A stretch of DNA of 63,449 nt, filler included, from Salisapilia sapeloensis CBS 127946 (taxonomy: Eukaryota > Protista > Oomycota): NCBI GenBank assembly GCA_023334545.1. It is 8 parts of 8 records of this genome, joined end to end, with 100 filler letters (N's around TTAATTAATTAA, not from the genome) between each part and the next. Parts side by side here need not be neighbours in the genome. Positions count along the whole stretch, not along the records: positions 10,263 to 30,865 come from JAADVB010000296.1; 7 more parts are not named here. One strand, 5' to 3'. Positions 10,628 through 22,469 of the stretch are shown here, piece after piece (positions within the stretch are counted from its first letter, which is position 1; every line of letters begins with the position of its first letter). Below the pieces are notes generated by a model. That model saw only the letters and a program-made list of their open reading frames with translations. It ran no database searches and was not told the origin of the DNA. The translations under genes were made by a program, and so were the position numbers.

Positions 10628-12752
10628 CTAATCGTCCATGAAGAAGTAGTTGCCAGTAGCCTTCTGCTCGACATCCTTGACACTCGCGTGCTTGTTGATT
10701 CGCGGTCGGAAGTTGGTCGGGTCGCGACGGAAGGTGATTTCAAGCTGCTTGAGGAATTTGTTCATACCCGACAGGAGGCTCTCTGGCGAGTGGGCCGTAC
10801 ACTCCTTACCGGGCTGGCCGTCGTACACGACGACACGGTCGGCCAAATACGTTGCCATGATGAAATCGTGCTCGACAATGAACGCCGTTTTCTTGGCGTG
10901 CAGGATGAATCGCTTAATGACCTTGGCGGCAAGAATACGCTGCTCCGAGTCCAAGTACGCCGACGGCTCATCGATCAGGTAGATATCAGCGGGTTTGCCA
11001 AGACACATGATGATAGCGACACGCTGGAGCTCACCACCAGACAAGTGCGGGACGGCCTGGTCAATAATATCGTCCAAGTTCAGGGGCTTGGTGACGTCCG
11101 TCGCGAACTGCGGGTGGATGATGGCTTCCCGAATACGACGGTGTAGAAGCTCTCGGACGGTGCCCTGGAACTTGGGCGCGATCTTCTGCGGCTTGTAACT
11201 GATGACGTTCGTGTCGTATCGCAAGGCAGCGTCGCTCATGGCGTCCTCGTCCTGCTCCTCCTCTGCCTTTTGCATCTCGTCGCTCTTGAGCAGACCGGCG
11301 AGCATGCGGATAAAGGTCGTTTTGCCCGTACCGTTCTCACCGAGCATACAGATGATCTCCGAGTTGGTAAAGTCTCCGTGCTCGACGTGAAGTTTGAAGA
11401 GCGCCTCCTTCTTCTTCGAGAGAAGCGTCTTGGTCATCGAAGGGTAGTTGTACGACTTGCCCTCGCCCTTGGTGCTCATCATCTCATCGGCCGTCTGCGC
11501 CACCTTGAACGTCAGCTCTTCCTGTCGGAATCGAAGGTTCTCCGTCGGGACAAAACCAGCAAGGAAGATGTTGATACCTTCACGAACACTGAAAGGCATG
11601 GTCACGACTCCGTACGCACTCGGCGTACCATATAGGACGCAGATAAAGTCGGAGAGATAGTCCAAGACACTCAAGTCGTGCTCGACGCAGATCACGTACG
11701 ATTGCTTGTCCTCTTCGACCATGGATCGGATCACCAGAGCGGCCTTCAGTCGCTGACGCACATCGAGGTACGAAGACGGCTCATCGAACATGTAAATGTC
11801 CGCCTTCTGGACGGCGACGACGCCGATGGCAAAGCGCTGGAGCTCTCCACCACTCAAGTGCTCAATGTCACGTTCCTGGACGTGGGCGAGGTCGAGTTCC
11901 TGGAGGAAGTGGTCCAGTTGGTCCGCTTTTTCACAACGCTGCTCGAGGATGCCGCGGACCGTGCCCTTAACGGCTTTGGGGATCTTATCAACGTACTGCG
12001 GCTTGGTGATGGCTTTCAAGTTGTCCTCCAGAATACGCGTGAAGTAGTTCTGGAGCTCCGAGCCACGGAAGTGCGCCAGAATCTCCTGCCACTCGGGCGG
12101 GTTGTCGAAGCGACCAAGGTTCGGCTTGAGTTTTCCAGCCAAGATGCGCAACGCGGTGGACTTGCCGATACCATTTGTACCGACGAGACCAAGCACCTGA
12201 CCAGGACGAGGCATGGGAAGACTATTGGAGGGATTTATTAGAGATTGAAATAGAGTGGAAGGGGAGATGGAAGTGTACCGGTGGAGTTTGAAGGTGTTGG
12301 CGCCGTATCGGTGCGTCGTGTTGTTTTCCAAGTCCTATAAGACAAGAGGTTAGACCTCTTGGTCTGTCGTGTAGATTGCAAAAAGGAAAGAGACTTGCCT
12401 TGGGAAGATTGATGATGTTGATGGCTTCGAATGGGCATTTCTTGACGCAGATACCACAACCGATGCAGAGCTATAGACGATTTTAGTAACCACGTCTGGA
12501 AAATAGTAAGGGATATAATGCGAACCTGTTCGGAGATGAAGGCGATCTTGCTCTTGGGAGTCACTTCAATACACAGCTTGCCTAGATACATGTATTCAGT
12601 CAGAATTCGCTCCTTGTCATCTCTTTGCATGCGAGATGCGTACCCATGCGAACAACAGGACAGGACTTGCGGCATTCCTGTCGGCACTTCTTGGGCTTGC
12701 ACTTGTCTGTGCTGACGATAGCGATACGGGTCAACTTTTCCTTATCCGACAT
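10628..12752 (-). CDS. ABCE1: ABCE1/RLI1 Fe-S ABC ATPase (ribosome recycling), 5 exons
   Basis: [57 protein letters not shown] x2, [22 protein letters not shown]. Introns 12582-12643, 12471-12525, 12335-12398 (GC-AG), 12222-12278. Confidence 0.97.
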
Positions 12753-13050
12753 GGCGAAGAACGGGAGACGGGATGCCGACGAGACTCCTTGCTGGCTTTT
12801 GGCCGACGATTTTTTAACGCTTGGCTGTACCGTCAAAACTCCTTCTCGCCTTCGGATTGGCCAAAAGCCCACAGCTTCGACACATTTGCAATGAAGCTCT
12901 TCATCGGATTGGGCAAAATACACTCTCGATACGTTTTCTAAAGTAGAGATTGCAAATATGTAGCATTTCGTGACAACCAACCAAAGCACCTTAGCGTAAG
13001 GAAGGCAGTGGCGTGTGCTTCAGTTCCGTTTTCTAGAGAACGAACCAGAT

Positions 13051-13569
13051 ATGCGCATCTACACGTGCTACTTTTGCTCCAGCCCAGTCTACCCAGGCCA
13101 CGGCATCTCGTTCGTCCGTAACGACAGCAAGGTCTTCCGGTTCTGCCGATCCAAATGCCACAAGGCCTTCAACAAGAAGCGCAACCCGCGCAAGGTCAAG
13201 TGGACCAAGGCCTTCCGAAAGTCTGCTGGCAAGGAAATGGCGCTCGACACGACGTTCGACTTTGAGAAGCAGCGCCATCGCGCTGTCAAGTACGACCGCG
13301 AGCTCATGGGCGCCACGGTGCACGCCATGGAGCGCGTGCAGCAGATTCGGGAGAAGCGCGAGATGCAATTCTTCAAGAACCGAATGAAGGAGGGCAGGGC
13401 AGGACAGAAGGACCGCGACCTGAGAGAGTTAGAGCAGAACATCGAGCTCATCGAGCCTGCAGCGGCTTCCGCGTTCAAGGACGCGGCGCTGCTCAACGCC
13501 GACGGGTCGAAGCAGAAGGACAAGAAGGCAAAAGAGGACGGGTCGTCGTCCATGGTCGTCGACCAGTAA
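13051..13569 (+). CDS. RLP24: Ribosome biogenesis protein RLP24 (L24e family)
   Basis: [45 protein letters not shown]; ATG at 13051. Confidence 0.95.
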   Translation: MRIYTCYFCSSPVYPGHGISFVRNDSKVFRFCRSKCHKAFNKKRNPRKVKWTKAFRKSAGKEMALDTTFDFEKQRHRAVKYDRELMGATVHAMERVQQIREKREMQFFKNRMKEGRAGQKDRDLRELEQNIELIEPAAASAFKDAALLNADGSKQKDKKAKEDGSSSMVVDQ

Positions 13570-14252
13570 ACTTTTGCCCCGGTGTACACTTCAGTTTAAA
13601 CAAATGCATAGTTTTAGTTGGATTTTGCCCTTTTGATCGTGCGTTTTGGTCGTAGCTACCTTCTGCAGGGGAAAGCGACGGTACTCTTGAAGACAAGGAG
13701 CGACGTGGTGTACATTGCTAAGCTTTGAACCTTATTGTGCTGGTTTTAGGGGTTGATTATTCAGGATATGCAAAGTACTTGGTGTCTACGAGAATGATGT
13801 ATTCTCTACGAGATAGGTACCAGCGACTGTGACTGGACATAGGCGTTTAAGATTGGTCGCTAAGCTCTTACGCTGTTGCTACACTCGTACTAAACACGGT
13901 GTATCAGAGAAGCAATACTTGGACTCTAGGCGAAGCTAAGCTAACTGTAGGTCTTAAATCACGTCCAAGTTACCAAGGATCCCGAGATGCAGTTGGGGTC
14001 CATCGTTTTCAAAAACGAGGACAGCATCATTGCAGTTCATAACTAGTGCTACTTACCTGCCTGGCAAGCACAATTGTAAGATGAATATGACGCTTCTTTC
14101 ATCTCAAAGCTGGCAAACTACTACATCCGACACACACCTCAAGCAAAAGTAATTGAAAGAACAATTGGAATATTGGAATGCAAGACATGTATTCCTTTCA
14201 AAAACCTTCATGTAAAGCCAAAGCTTCTAAGTTTATACCAAATGAAAAGCGC

Positions 14253-17200
14253 TTAGTACACTTCAAGCACGTAGCGTCCTTCCTCACGCATGCGTTCGAT
14301 CGTGGCGTTGGCCTGCTTGCGGTCCATGCCAGCCTCTTCCGTGAAGGACGACACCAGCGCCTCGCGCACGTCTGCCACAGGCCACGTGGGTCCGCATAGG
14401 TAGAAGTGGGCGTTGCGGTGGAGCATCCAGTCGGCAAGCAAGGTCTTGTCCTCGGCGATACGGTCCTGAATGTAGACCTTATTTTCCTGGTCACGAGAGA
14501 AGGCGCAGCGGAGGTGGGTCACCAGTCCCTGACGCACGTACTCCTCGAGCTCATCGCCGTACAAGAACTCCTTGGACTTGTATCGACTGCCAAAGTAGAG
14601 CGCAATGGGTCCGACCTTTACGCCCTGCGAGCGCAAGAAAGCGCGCTCTTGGATGAAGGCTCGGAAAGGAGCCATACCAGTTCCTAGACCAGCCATGACG
14701 ATCGGGTCCTCTGGGTTCACCGGGAGCTTCATGACGGACGACGTGACCGAGACAGAGAGCTTCTGGCCTGGCTGGATCGCCGACAAAAAGTTGGTGGCCT
14801 GACCGATGCGGTACTTGCCGCTGGGTGTAGTCCAGTCGTGGACGACGATGAGTAAGTGGACACTCTTCGGGTTCATGCGCATGCTGGAGGCGATCGAGTA
14901 GTGACGCGGCTTGATGCGCGGCACCAAGTGGACGAGGTCCTCCATAGTAGGACGAGCCGACGTGAACTCCTCCAAGAGCTCTGCGTAGGTGGTAGTTTCA
15001 TCCACACGACGCTTGTACTCTTCCTTTCCTTCAGCATCAAGCAAGAAGAGCAGCTTCTCCTTCTGCTTCGAGTCCGTCGCGCGGTCCGCAAGAGCCTGGT
15101 AGAACTTCTTGGACGGACGACCGAAGACGTCGAGGACGTGGGAGAAGAGCTGGAAGAAGGACAGCGTCTCTTCCTTGGCAGGCTTGGACTTGTCCTTGGA
15201 CGTAACAGGTAGAGACACGAGCTCATCCGGATCGACATTGTACGAGCGCAAGAACTCGAGCACTTCGGCTTCGTCGTTGTGGGCAAAGACAGCCAAGGCT
15301 TCTCCGATACGGTACGAGATAGCCGTGTTGGTCGTGTCCATCTCGACGTGGAAGACGTTACGATCGTAGTCGTCCGGCGTTAGACGCTCCCACTTGGTGA
15401 CCGTGACCAAGTCCGTCACGTGATCACGAACGGCCTGCGTGGTCTCGTACTCATCCGGGAAGAGCATTCGCCACGCCGTCTTGGTGTGGTTCGAGATGTT
15501 ACGACGAGAGCGCTTGCTGCCGTTTACACGAGCAGACGCGACGGAGTGAGCAACCTTGCTGCGTTGGAGCGCCGACAGCTTTTCAAGTTGCTTCTCCTCC
15601 ACCTCCAATTCTTCCGTGCCGTCGTCTGAAGAGTCCGAAGTCTCCGACAAGGACTTCCATTCGCTGGCGGGGTACGTGATGCTGTGCATTTCACTCCAGA
15701 CAGACGACACGAACTGACGAAGAGTAGCGTGCATCATGGGGGCAACTTGCTTTTGTAGAAGGGCCAGCACCACTTCTTCCGAGTACAGACCCGTCGCCTT
15801 GAGGAAGGCGATCTGGGCAGCAAAGCAGGCCACGTCGTCTTCTTCCACACGGCCTTGGACGTCGCTCAAGTCGATTACAAGAAGCTGGACGTCCTTCTGC
15901 GCAAGAGCAGACTTGAATGCATCGAGGTCAGGGAGATCGTCGATCGTGTTCCACTCGGCGTTCACAAGAAGCTTGCCTCCCTGCTTAACGCTCGAGACAA
16001 CGTCGAACTCTTCGATGATCTCGCTGCGGCTGACGAAGACAACGTCCGCTTCCTCGACCGTCTGGTGGAGAGCGCTGTCGTCAACAGAGCGAGGGGAAAG
16101 ACGGGCCTCGAGGCACGAGACTGGGCGCTGAACAGAGCCGTCAGCGCTGAATGGAGTGCTGTGGCTGACTAGGGCGTTCACTTGCGTCGACTGGTTACCG
16201 TTGAGCAACTGCAGAGTGGACTCAAAGGTAGACAAGAGCGACTTGCGCTGGTCGTTCTGAGCATCCGGGTCATCAAAACCGTAGAGGAGGAACTGCTTTC
16301 CATAAGCCTCACTGTTTGTGAGTTCTAGCTCATCGCCGTAGATGACCTCCATCGCGTTTACGTTCTTGGAGCCGTCAGTCAACGCCTGCAAAGTAGCGTC
16401 CAAGTGGCTCTCGGTTTGTGCCACGACGAACGGACGGCGAGACTGTTGGTCCTGCACGTAGCGGAGGACACGACGAGCCATGCCAGGCGTGAAAGAGCAC
16501 TGGCGGAAGACACCGCCGTAGACACCAGTGACGACAGTCGGAGAGCTCGTCTGTTCCCAGTGGTTGGAGTGGAAGAAGACCTGCACGTGCTGACTGAGCA
16601 GACCGTTCTGGAAAGCAAGAGCCCCAGGAGGAAGGTTCTCCAACACAGCCACACGCTTCGCAGTGGAAGGCATGGCATCCGCGAAGAGCGTGTGCGACCA
16701 CGGAAGGAGGAGACGAACCTGCACGACACCCACCTTGCCACCGAGCATCTGCTCGTAGTTGACGGCCTGACGCACAGCGCCAGTAGCTTCGCCCATGACA
16801 ACGATCACAGTTTCGGCGTCAGGAGCGCCAAAGTAGTCGTACACCTTGTATTGCTTGTGTAGCGCATGGAAGAGGTCGTCCATGACGCTCTGTACCTGTT
16901 CAGCGGTCACTGGGGCGGTGGTGTTCTTGATGGCAGTGTTCGACACGGCAGACGCAATGTCAAAGACAGACTTGGCACTCAGCGTCTGCATGGGTGAAAG
17001 CTCACGAGCGATGCGAGAGCTGTCGTAGAAGTGGACGGCCAAAGCCGAGAGCTTGCGAGCAGCCATTTGAGCGACGACAGCCATGTCATGCATCTCCTGA
17101 GGAGTAGCCGAGTTCAAGAGAATGGCACCAGAGTGCTGCAAGGCGTAGATAGACTCGTACGAGCCACCGACAGCCAGGTCGTTACGGATGGATTCACAGC

Positions 17201-17684
17201 CGATGTGGGCGACAGCAGGCTGACGCTTCTGTCCGATGTCAAAGAGCTGAGGAATGAACAGAGGGAGCGATTGCGCCGGCAAGAGGGCAGCGGCGTGGGC
17301 ACCGGTTGCGAGCACACCTCGAAGAGCTTCGGCAGCTCGCTGACGGATCTGCAGCGTCACAACGCGAGCAGTAAAGTCCTCCTTCTTGAGGTTCGCGTCG
17401 GACAAGTCACTCGACTGTTCGTCCAAAAGCGGGTAGAGGAAGACATCGTCTGTGGCGTGGGCAGCGACGTTCAAGAGAGCGTTAGTACCGGAGGAAAAGC
17501 TGTCTTGCCTCTGCGCTTCACGCAGCACCTTCCAAAGCTTGGTCGCGTCGTAGTTGGGCGTAGCCGAGCTCGCAATGCTGCCAGTCTCGAGCGTCATGAG
17601 CGTGGACGTGTCCAGCGCTGCTGGCTTGTTCAGACTGAGCGCATACCAAGGAAGGTATTGGTTAGATTCTTGCACCGACGACAT
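14253..17684 (-). CDS. MET10: Sulfite reductase [NADPH] flavoprotein (alpha) subunit, MET10-like
   Basis: PFOR-like N-terminal domains (GVVQVRLLLPW), then FAD/NADPH module: RLTPDDYDRNVFH, RHYSIASS, MAGLGTGMAPFRAF, LYFGSR, AFSRDQ..YIQD, FYLCGP, GRYVLEVY. Confidence 0.88.
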   Translation of the reverse strand: MSSVQESNQYLPWYALSLNKPAALDTSTLMTLETGSIASSATPNYDATKLWKVLREAQRQDSFSSGTNALLNVAAHATDDVFLYPLLDEQSSDLSDANLKKEDFTARVVTLQIRQRAAEALRGVLATGAHAAALLPAQSLPLFIPQLFDIGQKRQPAVAHIGCESIRNDLAVGGSYESIYALQHSGAILLNSATPQEMHDMAVVAQMAARKLSALAVHFYDSSRIARELSPMQTLSAKSVFDIASAVSNTAIKNTTAPVTAEQVQSVMDDLFHALHKQYKVYDYFGAPDAETVIVVMGEATGAVRQAVNYEQMLGGKVGVVQVRLLLPWSHTLFADAMPSTAKRVAVLENLPPGALAFQNGLLSQHVQVFFHSNHWEQTSSPTVVTGVYGGVFRQCSFTPGMARRVLRYVQDQQSRRPFVVAQTESHLDATLQALTDGSKNVNAMEVIYGDELELTNSEAYGKQFLLYGFDDPDAQNDQRKSLLSTFESTLQLLNGNQSTQVNALVSHSTPFSADGSVQRPVSCLEARLSPRSVDDSALHQTVEEADVVFVSRSEIIEEFDVVSSVKQGGKLLVNAEWNTIDDLPDLDAFKSALAQKDVQLLVIDLSDVQGRVEEDDVACFAAQIAFLKATGLYSEEVVLALLQKQVAPMMHATLRQFVSSVWSEMHSITYPASEWKSLSETSDSSDDGTEELEVEEKQLEKLSALQRSKVAHSVASARVNGSKRSRRNISNHTKTAWRMLFPDEYETTQAVRDHVTDLVTVTKWERLTPDDYDRNVFHVEMDTTNTAISYRIGEALAVFAHNDEAEVLEFLRSYNVDPDELVSLPVTSKDKSKPAKEETLSFFQLFSHVLDVFGRPSKKFYQALADRATDSKQKEKLLFLLDAEGKEEYKRRVDETTTYAELLEEFTSARPTMEDLVHLVPRIKPRHYSIASSMRMNPKSVHLLIVVHDWTTPSGKYRIGQATNFLSAIQPGQKLSVSVTSSVMKLPVNPEDPIVMAGLGTGMAPFRAFIQERAFLRSQGVKVGPIALYFGSRYKSKEFLYGDELEEYVRQGLVTHLRCAFSRDQENKVYIQDRIAEDKTLLADWMLHRNAHFYLCGPTWPVADVREALVSSFTEEAGMDRKQANATIERMREEGRYVLEVY

Positions 17685-18738
17685 GGTTCAGTTGGAGGAT
17701 GCGAGAAAACCAGCAAATGATGTTTGCGGCGATCCGGGCCATGCGTTCCCAGCAGACTCCGTGGGTTGCGCTGGATTGTAGCCATAAAGACATTGGTACG
17801 ACACGTGGGTTTGTCAACCAATCATATGAGACGAATATGGTGACGTTCATGAAGTTGGGTTGAAGGAAATTGGTGGTGCACCTGGATGCGTCCTTGACGT
17901 TCAAGACATGGTGTCAGGAGCATGGTATGGAGGCAGAAGGAGTTTAAGCTGCTGTAATATAATATTTTGGACGAGTCATGAAAATCATTTCGTACATGGA
18001 ATGCATCTGAGAGCAATCGAATATAGATGATTGAAAGCTAGTGAAGCATGTTGCTACAGAATATGCTTCAGTTTTAATCCGAAACAGCACTGCAGAGATA
18101 TGTACTGTCATCCACAATTCGTTGGACGTAAAATATCATTCGGAGGATACGGACAAGTGTCTGTAATGACTGCAAAGCCTACCATTGTTAAATGGTCCTT
18201 TAGCTGGTATCAATCAAAAGTGCAGAGATAGAAAACGGATATTGCTGTTAAGCCCTGTTGCACGATATTCATGGATTGTGCTAGTCGCTGGGCAGGGGCT
18301 GTGAATATCGGTACTTAAATTGCGATGAGATGTTAAACAATTGATCGACTTTTGCGAAAACTAGCACAAGGCTTTCGCCCTCATGGGATGTGCTTCAGAA
18401 GCGAAAAATGTACCCACTCGACCTTCAAATAATTTTGAAGCTTCAAGCTTAGCATATCTGTATTCGCTAGTCGCATTCCTTACATGGCTTGCGGCTGTGG
18501 GGCTACCAACGATATAGGAGTGAGGTTTGATAGAACAAAAAAGCAAGTGACAAGAAGCATGCTCTACCACGACTCAAAATGTATTGACAGGTTAGTACAT
18601 CTATGGCTATGAGCAGCTGAGGTGAATAACAGGATATTTACGAGAGATCTCTGTCGCCAACTTCGCCAAGAGTGTCGTGGCAACTGCCAGCGGCTTTATG
18701 CTGTTCGAACGATCCTTCCCATCGACGCATTAATACAT

Positions 18739-19311
18739 CTACGCTTCCGAAGTGTCAATATTCTTGATAAATTTGGCTGGAGCCCCTGCATAGACCGTAA
18801 ACGGCGGTACATCCTTCACGACAACCGATCCGGCACCAATTACAGCTCCGCGACCAATTGTCACGCCAGGACACACCTTGGAGCAGCCACCCAGCCACAC
18901 GTCGTCTTCAATGCGAATGGGCTTTGCAATCTCCATTGCCCCACGCCTCCCGTACGGGTTCAACGGGTGGCCCACGGTGTATATCTGACAGTTAGGTCCG
19001 AGTTTCACGTGTTTCCCAATGTATATCTTGTCCACGTCGAGCAAACCACAATTGAAACTGAGAGAAGAAAAATCGTCGATGAAGATGTTGTAGCCATAGT
19101 TGCACCGCATAGGAGTATCGACTCGAACATGTTGGCCAAGATGTCCCACAAGGTCACGCAGTACCTCCTCCGATTCTTCACTCCAGTCTTCGTACGCATT
19201 AAATGTGGTCTGAAGGATACGGCAGCGCTCGCGATCGGCGTTCAGCTCCGGATCGAGGACTGTATGCACCTCTCCATCCAAGATCTTTTGCTTCTCACTC
19301 TTCTCCGTCAT
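18739..19311 (-). CDS. maa: Maltose/galactoside O-acetyltransferase (Maa/LacA/NodL hexapeptide family)
   Basis: Intronless; EKQKILDGE..DPEL, CNYGYNIFI, IGKHVKLGPNCQIYTVGHP, IEDDVWLGG..VCPGVTIG..AVIGAGSVVVKDVP..YAGAPAKFIK. Confidence 0.9.
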   Translation of the reverse strand: MTEKSEKQKILDGEVHTVLDPELNADRERCRILQTTFNAYEDWSEESEEVLRDLVGHLGQHVRVDTPMRCNYGYNIFIDDFSSLSFNCGLLDVDKIYIGKHVKLGPNCQIYTVGHPLNPYGRRGAMEIAKPIRIEDDVWLGGCSKVCPGVTIGRGAVIGAGSVVVKDVPPFTVYAGAPAKFIKNIDTSEA

Positions 19312-19934
19312 CGTCGACTCAATGAATCACGTCGGACACGATGCTCATGAACTGATTCGAACTTGAACTGTGTTTATAAATCATCGACGTACCGCTGCTG
19401 TGCCACTTTTATAGCCTAGATTCCGAGGTTACCGGTCAGTTTCATCTGGGAGCAATGACTGTCAATTTAGTATGTGTGTTTCGGGTAGGACTAAAAGTGA
19501 TGCAATAGGTCGCGTACATTGATCCACTTGTAGCTTGTTTGAACTCTTGCGGGCGAATTAAACTGTGTACATGGTTCGACTGCATGGCGTAAGGTTAAGA
19601 TTTGCATTAGATAATTTAAGCGAAAACTTACACCATTTAGTCCTGCACTTGGATCCTTTGTTCATAGATAAATACAGGAGGATATCGGTATCGAGTAACT
19701 ACCTCTCAGCAAAGCTTTGATTTTCTGACATCCATATCTATCAAACAATCTCGACTTGTTAAATAAATTGTGCTGTTACGAACGGCTGTATTCACTTAAC
19801 ACCCTCCAACGAATATTCGTTTTTACGGCTACTTATATGATTTCTAACATTCCTATCTGCTAGCTAGCAAAACAGCCGTCGTAACTCTGTCTCGGCTTCA
19901 CGCTTTTTGACCACCAAGCACAGGTCGCATCGTC

Positions 19935-22455
19935 ATGGTGAATCGAAAGGAGAAGCGCAAACAAGAGCGTCTGGAGAAGAAGCAGCGTCGGTCTCAAAAG
20001 AACCAGAGCAAAAGACCAGCGCCAGTAGAGACAGAAGGCAACAAGAATGGCGGTAAAAAGCGCAAGGTCGAGCGACCGACGCAGACCAGTGACAAGCCTA
20101 GTCGCGGCAATGGACCGAGCAACAAGTTCCACGAGCTATTGCAGGAAACAGCTCGTTCTACAGGTGGATAACCAATTTTAATCGTTCATTGTCTATCCGT
20201 TAATTTAATTGATGATGGAAGTAGAAGGTGGAGAGGACTCGCCTTCAGCCGAAGACAAGGAGATTGCAGCGTTGGAGAAAAAGCTCGGCATCTCATCTAG
20301 CTCGGCCCAAGGAAAGAAGAAGCTGCAGAAGGAGTATATGCTCGATGGACTAGGTGACGACTTCACCGACTTCCTATCGAGCTTGGACAATATCTCCAAG
20401 GTCGTGAAAGAACGATCGAACGGCAAGGCGAAACCCAATGCTCCACCTGCTTCAGAAGATGAAAGTGGCCTAGACGAACCGGATAACATGAGCGACATGA
20501 GCGAGGACACTAGACAGGAGATGCTACAGCTGCAGGCAGAGGAAGCCAACTTCCTCCAAGGCATGGAAGACCTACCTACGGACGAATCGGACATTGAGGA
20601 GGAAGACGAAGAGATGCTGTCAGAGCCTGAAGATGACGAAGTAGCTGCCAATACAGCTCAGAATCAGCAGCTTTCTGGGTCTGAGTCGGAGGAGGACGAG
20701 GCTCCGTCTGATAATGTAGAGAAGGATGCGTCTGAAGAAGTAGAAGAAGAAGATTTGTCGGAGGAAGAAGCAGACAAGGTTGCTTATAATAAGGAAGAAA
20801 AGGACGAGTCGGAAGAAGAGGTGGAGGAAGATATTTATGGTCGACCGGTTCTAAAGAAGGACAATGGTGAAAAGAAGCCTTCCGCATATGTTCCTCCTCA
20901 CCTCCGAAAGCAAGCTGCATCTACGAAAGACAAGAAGACTGGGATGGATGAGCAAGAGCTACGTGAGCTCACTCGTCGGATCAACGGTCAGATCAATCGT
21001 ATCGCAGAGAGCAACATGGAGCCCATATGCCTCGAACTGGAGAAAATCTACCGGAGCTACCCGACGTCTGTCGTGAACGATGTGCTCCTATCCAAGATCC
21101 AGCAAACGACCATCCACCCTCGTCAGCTCCTTACGTCCTTGATCAAGACCTGTGGCGCACTCATGTCTGCACTGTTCCACAGTGTCGGCAGTCAACTCGG
21201 TGGCTTCTTCCTCGAGAAAATCGTGCTCAAGCTTCATGCGTCAGTAATTGAAAACCGAGAGAAGCCGACGGAGGAGGAAGAAAGCTCGAAAGAGCCTGTC
21301 AACCTCCTCTTGCTCGTGTGTGTCCTGTACATTTGTGGCGTGGCCCACTGTTCTCTCATCTACGACCTCTTCCGATCGTTCGTAGAGCACGGCACACCGC
21401 TGGACATTGAGCTCATCTACCACCTGCTCAAGCACTGTGGACCTCAGCTCCGATCCGATGACAATGACTCTTTGCGAGAGATGGTTGCCTCTGTCCAGGA
21501 GAATATCCAGAAGCAGGACAATGAAGAGCGTGCGAGGTATCTTTTGGATGTTATCGATGACCTGAAGAAGCCTGGTAAAGGTAAACACGTGTCTTCATCC
21601 ATGGACATGACGTCCCTGAAGAAATGGATTGGACGTGTCAAGACTCGTTGCGGCAACTCCAACTCGGCGCTACGTGTATCGCTAGACGAATTGCTGAATG
21701 CAGATGAGAAGGGAAGATGGTGGATCGTTGGAGGGACGTGGAAACCTGAGGCTCCTGTCCATGAAGAAACGAAAGAGCAGGAGAATGAGCTCCTGCAGCT
21801 CGCATCCAAGATGCGTATGAACACAGACGTGCGCAAGCGTATCTTCATTGCAATCATGGGCGCCACGGACTCCTTAGATGCGTATGAGCGGCTGCTCCAG
21901 CTCAAGCTTCGCGACAAGCAGGAGCGAGAGATCGTCCGTGTTTTGCTCCACTGCTGTGCTAGTGAGCGGCAGTTTAATCGGTACTACTTGCTCTTGGCAC
22001 AGAAGCTGTGCGAGCTGGACCCCCGGTACAAGTTCACGTTCCAACTGGCCTTGTGGGATCAGTTCAAGCAGTTCGAGTCCATGAGTCAGCGCAAGGTGTA
22101 CAACGTCGCGCAGTTCCTAGCTGGGATGGTCGCCAGTGCGAGTCTGTCGCTCTCGTGCCTCAAGGTTCTGGACTTTACCCAGCTAGAATCCAACGCCGTC
22201 TTGTTCCTGCGCGCCGTCATGGAGCAACTGCTAAAGCAGGAGAGAGAGGAAGACGTTTCGGCCGTGTTTGAGCGACTGCTGCAGACGAAGAAGGCACAGC
22301 TGACGCTAGACGGCCTCGCAGTCTTCGTCCATCAACACATGGACGGCACCTTGACCGACGTGGAGATGAAGCGACGGCTACAGAGCGTTCGGAGCCTACT
22401 CGACCAGCTCTCCAAGACAGCAGCACAAAAGGACAAGCGCAGTATGGAAATCTAA
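19935..22455 (+). CDS. NOM1: Nucleolar MIF4G/MA3-domain protein (NOM1/Sgd1)
   Basis: Basic N-terminus, intron 20164-20224, acidic tract, YVPPHLR, INGQINRIAESN, MNTDVRKRIFIAIMG..LKLRDKQEREIVRVLLHCC. Confidence 0.88.
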
Positions 22456-22469
22456 AAGACAAAGATGCT

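Noticed and set aside
10553-12241. Long + strand ORFs antisense to ABCE1 (also those antisense to MET10, the transporters, the AAA ATPase and NOM1)
   Set aside because: Shadow ORFs expected from strong codon bias on the coding strand; no recognisable motifs.
14049-14065. ACTTACCTG resembling the U1 snRNA 5' end
   Set aside because: Downstream sequence lacks the U1 stem-loops, the ATTGCAC loop and an Sm site; likely a chance 9-mer.
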